Below are positions 53,300 to 64,000 of a DNA stretch of 64,000 nt, piece after piece (within the stretch, counting starts at the first letter, position 1; every line of letters begins with the position of its first letter). The stretch lies in NCBI GenBank assembly GCA_040954595.2, contig CM082580.2:1540783-1604782 (forward strand), given 5' to 3'. A program made the translations under genes and the position numbers. The notes under the pieces were generated by a model that was not told where the DNA came from, did not search any database, and saw nothing but the letters and a program-made list of their open reading frames with translations. This DNA is from Balanoglossus misakiensis (lineage: Eukaryota; Animalia; Hemichordata).

Positions 53300-56050
53300 G
53301 ATTTTCACCCATGTTTTTTTTCAAAAATCAACGAACCCATGATTTTTTTTCAAAAATCGACAAAATTTTGAGATTTTGCAAAGTCGAAAATTTGTCATTT
53401 TTTGATGATTTTCACCCATGATTTTTCTCAAAAATCGACGAAATTTTGCAAAGTCGAAAATTTGTAATTTTTTGATGATTTTCACCCATGATTTTTTTTC
53501 AAAAATCGACGAAATTTTGAGATTTTGCAAAGTCGAAAATTTGTCATTTATTAATGATTTTCACCCATGATTTTTTTTCAAAAATCGACAAAATTTTGAG
53601 ATTTTGCAAAGTCGAAAATTTGTAATTTTTTGATGATTTTCACCCATGTTTTTTTTCAAAATTGAACGAACCCATGATTTTTTTCAAAAATCGACGAAAT
53701 TTTGAGATTTTGCAAAGTCGAAAATTTGTCATTTTTTGATGATTTTCACCCATGATTTTTTTCAAAAATCGACAAAATTTTGAGATTTTGCAAAGTCGAA
53801 AATTTGTAATTTTTTGATGATTTTTACCCATGTTTTTTTTTTTCAAAAATCGACGAAATTTTGAGATTTTGCAAATTCGAAAATTTGTAATTTTTTGATG
53901 ATTTTCACCCTTTTTTTTTCAAAAATCAACGAACCCATGATTTTTTTTCAAAAATCTACGAAATTTTGAGATTTTGCAAAGTCGAAAATTTGTCATTTTT
54001 TGATGATTTTCACCCATGATTTTTTTCAAAAATCGACAAAATTTTTAGATTTTGCAAAGTCGAAAATTTGTAATTTTTTGATGATTTTTACCCATGATTT
54101 TTTTTTTCAAAAATCGACGAAATTTTGAGATTTTGCAAAGACGAAAATTTGTAATTTTTTGATGATTTTCACCCATATTTTTTTTCAAAATTGAACGAAC
54201 CCATGATTTTTTTCAAAAATCGACGAAATTTTGAGATTTTGCAAAGTCGAAAATTTGTCATTTTTTGATGATTTTCACCCATGATTTTTTTCAAAAATCG
54301 ACGAAATTTTGAGATTTTGCAAAGTCGAAAATGTGTCATTTTTTGATGATTTTCACCCATGATTTTTTTCAAAAATCGACAAAATTTTGAGATTTTGCAA
54401 ATTCGAAAATTTGTAATTTTTTGATGATTTTCACCCATGTTTTTTTTCAAAAATCAACGAACCCATGATTTTTTTTCAAAAATCGACAAAATTTTGAGAT
54501 TTTGCAAAGTCGAAAATTTGTCATTTTTTGATGATTTTCACCCATGATTTTTCTCAAAAATCGACGAAATTTTGAGATTTTGCAAAGTCGAAAATTTGTA
54601 ATTTTTTGATGATTTTCACCCATGATTTTTTTCAAAAATCGACGAAATTTTGAGATTTTGCAAAGTCGAAAATGTGTCATTTTTTGATGATTTTCACCCA
54701 TGATTTTTTTCAAAAATCGACAAAATTTTGAGATTTTGCAAATTCGAAAATTTGTAATTTTTTGATGATTTTCACCCATGTTTTTTTTCAAAAATCAACG
54801 AACCCATGATTTTTTTTCAAAAATCGACAAAATTTTGAGATTTTGCAAAGTCGAAAATTTGTCATTTTTTGATGATTTTCACCCATGATTTTTCTCAAAA
54901 ATCGACGAAATTTTGCAAAGTCGAAAATTTGTAATTTTTTGATGATTTTCACCCATGATTTTTTTTCAAAAATCGACGAAATTTTGAGATTTTGCAAAGT
55001 CGAAAATTTGTCATTTATTAATGATTTTCACCCATGATTTTTTTTCAAAAATCGACAAAATTTTGAGATTTTGCAAAGTCGAAAATTTGTAATTTTTTGA
55101 TGATTTTCACCCATGTTTTTTTTCAAAATTGAACGAACCCATGATTTTTTTCAAAAATCGACGAAATTTTGAGATTTTGCAAAGTCGAAAATTTGTCATT
55201 TTTTGATGATTTTCACCCATGATTTTTTTCAAAAATAGACAAAATTTTGAGATTTTGCAAAGTCGAAAATTTGTAATTTTTTGATGATTTTTACCCATGA
55301 TTTTTTTTTTCAAAAATCGACGAAATTTTGAGATTTTGCAAATTCGAAAATTTGTAATTTTTTGATGATTTTCACCCTTTTTTTTTCAAAAATCAACGAA
55401 CCCATGATTTTTTTTCAAAAATCTACGAAATTTTGAGATTTTGCAAAGTCAAAAATTTGTCATTTTTTGATGATTTTCACCCATGATTTTTTTCAAAAAT
55501 CGACAAAATTTTTAGATTTTGCAAAGTCGAAAATTTGTAATTTTTTGATGATTTTTACCCATGATTTTTTTTTTCAAAAATCGACGAAATTTTGAGATTT
55601 TGCAAAGACGAAAATTTGTAATTTTTTGATGATTTTCACCCATATTTTTTTTCAAAATTGAACGAACCCATGATTTTTTTCAAAAATCGACGAAATTTTG
55701 AGATTTTGCAAAGTCGAAAATTTGTCATTTTTTGATGATTTTCACCCATGATTTTTTTCAAAAATCGACGAAATTTTGAGATTTTGCAAAGTCGAAAATG
55801 TGTCATTTTTTGATGATTTTCACCCATGATTTTTTTCAAAAATCGACAAAATTTTGAGATTTTGCAAATTCGAAAATTTGTAATTTTTTGATGATTTTCA
55901 CCCATGTTTTTTTTCAAAAATCAACGAACCCATGATTTTTTTTCAAAAATCGACAAAATTTTGAGATTTTGCAAAGTCGAAAATTTGTCATTTTTTGATG
56001 ATTTTCACCCATGATTTTTCTCAAAAATCGACGAAATTTTGAGATTTTGC
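53300..56050. repeat. 1467-bp tandem duplication within satellite B
   Basis: ORF pairs 53321/54788, 53640/55107 and 54169/55636 are all offset by 1467 bp. Ends are approximate. Confidence 0.75.
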
Positions 56051-59000
56051 AAAGTCGAAAATTTGTAATTTTTTGATGATTTTCACCCATGTTTTTTTTC
56101 AAAAATCAACGAACCCATGATTTTTTTTCAAAAATCGACAAAATTTTGAGATTTTGCAAAGTCGAAAATTTGTCATTTTTTGATGATTTTCACCCATGAT
56201 TTTTCTCAAAAATCGACGAAATTTTGAGATTTTGCAAAGTCGAAAATTTGTAATTTTTTGATGATTTTCACCCATGATTTTTTTTCAAAAATCGACGAAA
56301 TTTTGAGATTTTGCAAAGTCGAAAATTTGTCATTTATTAATGATTTTCACCCATGATTTTTTTTCAAAAATCGACAAAATTTTGAGATTTTGCAAAGTCG
56401 AAAATTTGTAATTTTTTGATGATTTTCACCCATGTTTTTTTTCAAAATTGAACGAACCCATGATTTTTTTCAAAAATCGACGAAATTTTGAGATTTTGCA
56501 AAGTCGAAAATTTGTCATTTTTGATGATTTTTTCCCATGATTTTGTTTTTCAAAAATCGACCAAATTTTGAGATTTTGCAAAGACAAAAAATTGTCATTT
56601 TTTGATGATTTTCACCCATGATTTTTTTCAAAAATCGACGAAATTTTGAGATTTTGCAAAGACGAAAATTTGTCGTTTTTTGATGATTTTCACCCATGAT
56701 TTTTCTCAAAAATCGACGAAATTTTGAGATTTTGCAAAGTCGAAAATTTGTCATTTTTTGATGATTTTCACCCATGATTCTTTTCAAAAATCGACGAAAT
56801 TTGAGATTTTGCAAAGTCGAAAATTTGTCATTTTTTGATGATTTTTACCCATGATTTTTTTTTTCAAAAATCGACCAAATTTTGAGATTTTGCAAAGACG
56901 AAAATTTGTCATTTTTTGATGATTTTCACCCATGATTTTTCTCAAAAATCGACGAAATTTTGAGATTTTGCAAAGTCAAAAATTTGTCATTTTTTGATGA
57001 TTTTCACCCATGATTTTTTTCAAAAATCGACGAAATTTAAGATTTTGCAAAGTCGAAAATTTGTCATTTTTTGATGATTTTCACCCATGATTTTTTTCAA
57101 AAATCGACGAAATTTTGAGATTTTGCAAAGTCGAAAATTTGTCATTTTTTGATAATTTTTTCCTATGATTTTTCTCAAAAATCGACGAAATTTTGAGATT
57201 TTGCAAAGTCAAAAATTTGTCATTTTTTGATGATTTTCACCCATGATTTTTTTCAAAAATCGACGAAATTTAAGATTTTGCAAAGTCGAAAATTTGTCAT
57301 TTTTTGATGATTTTCACCCATGATTTTTTTCAAAAATCGACGAAATTTTGAGATTTTGCAAAGTCGAAAATTTGTCATTTTTTGATGATTTTCACCCATG
57401 ATTTTTTTTCAAAAATCGACAAAATTTTTAGATTTTGCAAAGTCGAAAATTTGTAATTTTTTGATGATTTTTACCCATGATTTTTTTTTCAAAAATCGAC
57501 GAAATTTTGAGATTTTGCAAAGACGAAACTTTTTAATTTTTTGATGATTTTCACCCATGACTTTTTTTCAAAAATTTACGAAATTTTGAGATTTTGCAAA
57601 GTCGAAAATTTGTCATTTTTTGATGATTTTCACCCATGATTTTTTTCAAAAATCGACGAAATTTTGAGATTTTGCAAAGTCGAAAATTTGTCATTTTTTG
57701 ATGATTTTCACCCATGATTTTTTTCAAAAATCGACAAAATTTTTAGATTTTGCAAAGTCGAAAATTTGTAATTTTTTGATGATTTTTACCCATGATTTTT
57801 TTTTTCAAAAATCGACGATTTTTTGAGATTTTGCAAAGACGAAACTTTTTAATTTTTTGATGATTTTCACCCATGACTTTTTTTCAAAAATTCACGAAAT
57901 TTTGAGATTTTGCAAAGTCGAAAATTTGTCATTTTTTGATGATTTTCACCCATGTTTTTTTTTTCAAAAATCGACGAAATTTTGAGATTTTGCAAATTCG
58001 AAAATTTGTCATTTTTTGATGATTTTCACCCATGTTTTTTTTCAAAAATCAACGAACCCATGATTTTTTTTCAAAAATCGACAAAATTTTGAGATTTTGC
58101 AAAGTCGAAAATTTGTCATTCTTTGATGATTTTCACCCATGATTTTTTTCAAAAATCGACGAAATTTTGAGATTTTGCAAAGTCGAAAATTTGTCATTTT
58201 TTGATGATTTTCACCCATGATTTTTTTTCAAAAATGTACGAAATTTTGAGATTTTGCAAAGTCGAAAATTTGTAATTTTTTGATGATTTTCACCCATGAT
58301 TTTTTTTCAAAAATCAACGAACCCATGATTTTTTTTCAAAAATCGACAAAATTTTGAGATTTTGCAAAGTCGAAAATTTGTCATTTTTTGATGATTTTCA
58401 CCCATGATTTTTCTCAAAAATCGACGAAATTTTGAGATTTTGCAAAGTCGAAAATTTGTAATTTTTTGATGATTTTCACCCATGATTTTTTTTCAAAAAT
58501 CGACGAAATTTTGAGATTTTGCAATGTCGAAAATTTGTCATTTATTAATGATTTTCACCCATGATTTTTTTTCAAAAATCGACAAATTTTTGAGATTTTG
58601 CAAAGTCGAAAATTTGTAATTTTTTGATGATTTTCACCCATGTTTTTTTTCAAAATTGAACGAACCCATGATTTTTTTCAAAAATCGACGAAATTTTGAG
58701 ATTTTGCAAAGTCGAAAATTTGTCATTTTTTGATGATTTTCACCCATGATTTTTTTCAAAAATCGACAAAATTTTGAGATTTTGCAAAGTCGAAAATTTG
58801 TAATTTTTTGATGATTTTTACCCATGATTTTTTTTTTCAAAAATCGACGAAATTTTGAGATTTTGCAAATTCGAAAATTTGTAATTTTTTGATGATTTTC
58901 ACCCTTTTTTTTTCAAAAATCAACGAACCCATGATTTTTTTTCAAAAATTTACGAAATTTTGAGATTTTGCAAAGTCGAAAATTTGTCATTTTTTGATTA

Positions 59001-62000
59001 TTTTCACCCATGATTTTTTTCAAAAATCGACAAAATTTTTAGATTTTGCAAAGTCGAAAATTTGTAATTTTTTGATGATTTTTACCCATGATTTTTTTTT
59101 TCAAAAATCGACGAAATTTTGAGATTTTGCAAAGACGAAAATTTGTAATTTTTTGATGATTTTCACCCATATTTTTTTTCAAAATTGAACGAACCCATGA
59201 TTTTTTTCAAAAATCGACGAAATTTTGAGATTTTGCAAAGTCGAAAATTTGTCATTTTTTGATGATTTTCACCCATGATTTTTTTCAAAAATCGACGAAA
59301 TTTTGAGATTTTGCAAAGTCGAAAATGTGTCATTTTTTGATGATTTTCACCCATGATTTTTTTCAAAAATCGACAAAATTTTGAGATTTTGCAAATTCGA
59401 AAATTTGTCATTTTTTGATGATTTTCACCCATGTTTTTTTTCAAAAATCAACGAACCCATGATTTTTTTTCAAAAATCGACAAAATTTTGAGATTTTGCA
59501 AAGACGAAAATTTGTCATTTTTTGATGATTTTCACCCATGATTTTTTTCAAAAATCGACGAAATTTTGAGATTTTGCAAAGTCGAAAATTTGTCATTTTT
59601 TGATTATTTTCACCCATGATTTTTTTCAAAAATCGACAAAATTTTTAGATTTTGCAAAGTCGACAATTTGTCATTTTTTGATGATTTTCACCATGATTTT
59701 TTTTAAAAAATGACGAAATTTTGAGATTTTGCAAAGACGAAAATTTGTAATTTTTTGATGATTTTCACCCATGATTTTTTTTCAAAAATGTACGAAATTT
59801 TGAGATTTTGCAAAGTCGAAAATTTGTAATTTTTTGATGATTTTCACCCATGATTTTTTTTCAAAAATCAACGAACCCATGATTTTTTTTCAAAAATCGA
59901 CAAAATTTTGAGATTTTGCAAAGTCGAAAATTTGTCATTTTTTGATGATTTTCACCCATGATTTTTCTCAAAAATCGACGAAATTTTGAGATTTTGCAAA
60001 GTCGAAAATTTGTAATTTTTTGATGATTTTCACCCATGATTTTTTTTCAAAAATCGACGAAATTTTGAGATTTTGCAATGTCGAAAATTTGTCATTTATT
60101 AATGATTTTCACCCATGATTTTTTTTCAAAAATCGACAAATTTTTGAGATTTTGCAAAGTCGAAAATTTGTAATTTTTTGATGATTTTCACCCATGTTTT
60201 TTTTCAAAATTGAACGAACCCATGATTTTTTTCAAAAATCGACGAAATTTTGAGATTTTGCAAAGTCGAAAATTTGTCATTTTTTGATGATTTTCACCCA
60301 TGATTTTTTTCAAAAATCGACAAAATTTTGAGATTTTGCAAAGTCGAAAATTTGTAATTTTTTGATGATTTTTACCCATGATTTTTTTTTTCAAAAATCG
60401 ACGAAATTTTGAGATTTTGCAAATTCGAAAATTTGTAATTTTTTGATGATTTTCACCCTTTTTTTTAAAAAAATCAACGAACCCATGATTTTTTTTCAAA
60501 AATCTACGAAATTTTGAGATTTTGCAAAGTCGAAAATTTGTCATTTTTTGATGATTTTCACCCATGATTTTTTTCAAAAATCGACAAAATTTTTAGATTT
60601 TGCAAAGTCGAAAATTTGTAATTTTTTGATGATTTTTACCCATGATTTTTTTTTTCAAAAATCGACGAAATTTTGAGATTTTGCAAAGACGAAAATTTGT
60701 AATTTTTTGATGATTTTCACCCATATTTTTTTTCAAAATTGAACGAACCCATGATTTTTTTCAAAAATCGACGAAATTTTGAGATTTTGCAAAGTCGAAA
60801 ATTTGTCATTTTTTGATGATTTTCACCCATGATTTTTTTCAAAAATCGACGAAATTTTGAGATTTTGCAAAGTCGAAAATGTGTCATTTTTTGATGATTT
60901 TCACCCATGATTTTTTTCAAAAATCGACAAAATTTTGAGATTTTGCAAATTCGAAAATTTGTAAATTTTTGATGATTTTCACCCATGTTTTTTTTCAAAA
61001 ATCAACGAACCCATGATTTTTTTCAAAAATCGACAAAATTTTGAGATTTTGCAAAGTCGAAAATTTGTCATTTTTTGATGATTTTCACCCATGATTTTTC
61101 TCAAAAATCGACGAAATTTTGCAAAGTCGAAAATTTGTAATTTTTTGATGATTTTCACCCATGATTTTTTTTCAAAAATCGACGAAATTTTGAGATTTTG
61201 CAAAGTCGAAAATTTGTCATTTATTAATGATTTTCACCCATGATTTTTTTTCAAAAATCGACAAAATTTTGAGATTTTGCAAAGTCGAAAATTTGTAATT
61301 TTTTGATGATTTTCACCCATGTTTTTTTTCAAAATTGAACGAACCCATGATTTTTTTCAAAAATCGACGAAATTTTGAGATTTTGCAAAGTCGAAAATTT
61401 GTCATTTTTTGATGATTTTCACCCATGTTTTTTTTTTCAAAAATCGACGAAATTTTGAGATTTTGCAAAGTCGAAAATTTGTCATTTATTAATGATTTTC
61501 ACCCATGATTTTTTTTCAAAAATCGACAAATTTTTGAGATTTTGCAAAGTCGAAAATTTGTCATTTTTTGATGATTTTCACCCATGATTTTTTTCAAAAA
61601 TCGACGAAATTTTGAGATTTTGCAAAGTCGAAAATGTGTCATTTTTTGATGATTTTCACCCATGATTTTTTTCAAAAATCGACAAAATTTTGAGATTTTG
61701 CAAATTCGAAAATTTGTAATTTTTTGATGATTTTCACCCATGTTTTTTTTCAAAAATCAACGAACCCATGATTTTTTTCAAAAATCGACAAAATTTTGAG
61801 ATTTTGCAAAGTCGAAAATTTGTCATTTTTTGATGATTTTCACCCATGATTTTTCTCAAAAATCGACGAAATTTTGCAAAGTCGAAAATTTGTAATTTTT
61901 TGATGATTTTCACCCATGATTTTTTTTTAAAAATCGACGAAATTTTGAGATTTTGCAAAGTCGAAAATTTGTCATTTATTAATGATTTTCACCCATGATT

Positions 62001-64000
62001 TTTTTTCAAAAATCGACAAAATTTTGAGATTTTGCAAAGTCGAAAATTTGTAATTTTTTGATGATTTTCACCCATGTTTTTTTTCAAAATTGAACGAACC
62101 CATGATTTTTTTCAAAAATCGACGAAATTTTGAGATTTTGCAAAGTCGAAAATTTGTCATTTTTTGATGATTTTCACCCATGTTTTTTTTTTCAAAAATC
62201 GACGAAATTTTGAGATTTTGCAAAGTCGAAAATTTGTCATTTATTAATGATTTTCACCCATGATTTTTTTTCAAAAATCGACAAATTTTTGAGATTTTGC
62301 AAAGTCGAAAATTTGTAATTTTTTGATGATTTTTACCCATGATTTTTTTTTTCAAAAATCGACGAAATTTTGAGATTTTGCAAATTCGAAAATTTGTAAT
62401 TTTTTGATGATTTTCACCCTTTTTTTTTCAAAAATCAACGAACCCATGATTTTTTTTCAAAAATCTACGAAATTTTGAGATTTTGCAAAGTCGAAAATTT
62501 GTCATTTTTTGATGATTTTCACCCATGATTTTTTTCAAAAATCGACAAAATTTTTAGATTTTGCAAAGTCGAAAATTTGTAATTTTTTGATGATTTTTAC
62601 CCATGATTTTTTTTTTCAAAAATTGACGAAATTTTGAGATTTTGCAAAGACGAAAATTTTTAATTTTTTGATGATTTTCACCCATATTTTTTTTCAAAAT
62701 TGAACGAACCCATGATTTTTTTCAAAAATCGACGAAATTTTGAGATTTTGCAAAGTCGAAAATTTGTCATTTTTTGATGATTTTCACCCATGATTTTTTT
62801 CAAAAATCGACGAAATTTTGAGATTTTGCAAAGTCGAAAATGTGTCATTTTTTGATGATTTTCACCCATGATTTTTTTCAAAAATCGACAAAATTTTGAG
62901 ATTTTGCAAATTCGAAAATTTGTAATTTTTTGATGATTTTCACCCATGTTTTTTTTCAAAAATCAACGAACCCATGATTTTTTTTCAAAAATCGACAAAA
63001 TTTTGAGATTTTGCAAAGTCGAAAATTTGTCATTTTTTGATGATTTTCACCCATGATTTTTCTCAAAAATCGACGAAATTTTGAGATTTTGCAAAGTCGA
63101 AAATTTGTAATTTTTTGATGATTTTCACCCATGATTTTTTTTCAAAAATCGACGAAATTTTGAGATTTTGCAAAGTCGAAAATTTGTCATTTATTAATGA
63201 TTTTCACCCATGATTTTTTTTCAAAAATCGACAAAATTTTGAGATTTTGCAAAGTCGAAAATTTGTAATTTTTTGATGATTTTCACCCATGTTTTTTTTC
63301 AAAATTGAACGAACCCATGATTTTTTTCAAAAATCGACAAAATTTTGAGATTTTGCAAAGTCGAAAATTTGTCATTTTTTGATGATTTTCACCCATGATT
63401 TTTCTCAAAAATCGACGAAATTTTGAGATTTTGCAAAGTCGAAAATTTGTAATTTTTTGATGATTTTCACCCATGATTTTTTTTCAAAAATCGACGAAAT
63501 TTTGAGATTTTGCAAAGTCGAAAATTTGTCATTTATTAATGATTTTCACCCATGATTTTTTTTCAAAAATCGACAAAATTTTGAGATTTTGCAAAGTCGA
63601 AAATTTGTAATTTTTTGATGATTTTCACCCATGTTTTTTTTCAAAATTGAACGAACCCATGATTTTTTTCAAAAATCGACGAAATTTTGAGATTTTGCAA
63701 ATTCGAAAATTTGTCATTTTTTGATGATTTTCACCCATGTTTTTTTTTCCAAAATCGACGAAATTTTGAGATTTTGCAAAGTCGAAAATTTGTCATTTTT
63801 TGATGATTTTTTCCCATGATTTTGTTTTTCAAAAATCGACCAAATTTTGAGATTTTGCAAAGACAAAAAATTGTCATTTTTTGATGATTTTCACCCATGA
63901 TTTTTTTCAAAAATCGACGAAATTTTGAGATTTTGCAAAGACGAAAATTTGTCGTTTTTTGATGATTTTCACCCATGATTTTTCTCAAAAATCGACGAAA

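Larger units (their letters stand above)
32180..64000. repeat. Satellite B: AT-rich tandem array of ~78 bp monomers (~400 units), ~27% GC; open at the right window edge
   Basis: Consensus approx. TTTTGAGATTTTGCAAAGTCGAAAATTTGTCATTTTTTGATGATTTTCACCCATGATTTTTTTCAAAAATCGACGAAA. TTTTGAG recurs at 32181 and 32259 (78 bp). Monomer length varies with the T-tract after CCCATGA. One orientation throughout. Confidence 0.98.

Noticed and set aside
33356-63988. Minus-strand ORFs with a 26-aa basic repeat (KKIMGENHQKMTNFRLCKISKFRRFL)
   Set aside because: 78 bp equals 26 codons with one stop-free frame by chance. The frame is constantly broken by T-tract indels and truncated units, so there is no sign of coding constraint.
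32181-64000. CRISPR-like array of palindromic repeats
   Set aside because: There are no unique spacers, the whole unit repeats, and no cas genes or leader are present.

Overview
The window is entirely eukaryotic-type satellite DNA. I find no genes, transposons or unique sequence. It holds two different head-to-tail arrays fused with no spacer at about 32,180. Satellite A (1-32181) has a ~130-133 bp monomer of ~42% GC with linked sequence variants, a 266-bp heterodimer and nested kb-scale duplications (offsets 1176/1564, 2896, 3016, 5124 and 7209 bp). Satellite B (32180-64000) has a ~78 bp monomer of ~27% GC, made of a ~56-bp imperfect palindrome centred on TTTGCAAA plus a T-rich spacer. B also carries recurrent ~26-29 bp truncated units, ~70-bp deletion units and a multi-kb macro-repeat. 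The junction falls right after the motif ATCGACG, which both monomers share, and neither array decays toward it. This suggests a recent microhomology-guided fusion or insertion, though an assembly join is not excluded. The context is probably centromeric, pericentromeric or other heterochromatin (inference). I do not recognise either family by name. All supplied ORFs are repeat read-through. Counts and offsets were read by eye or from the spacing of identical ORFs.
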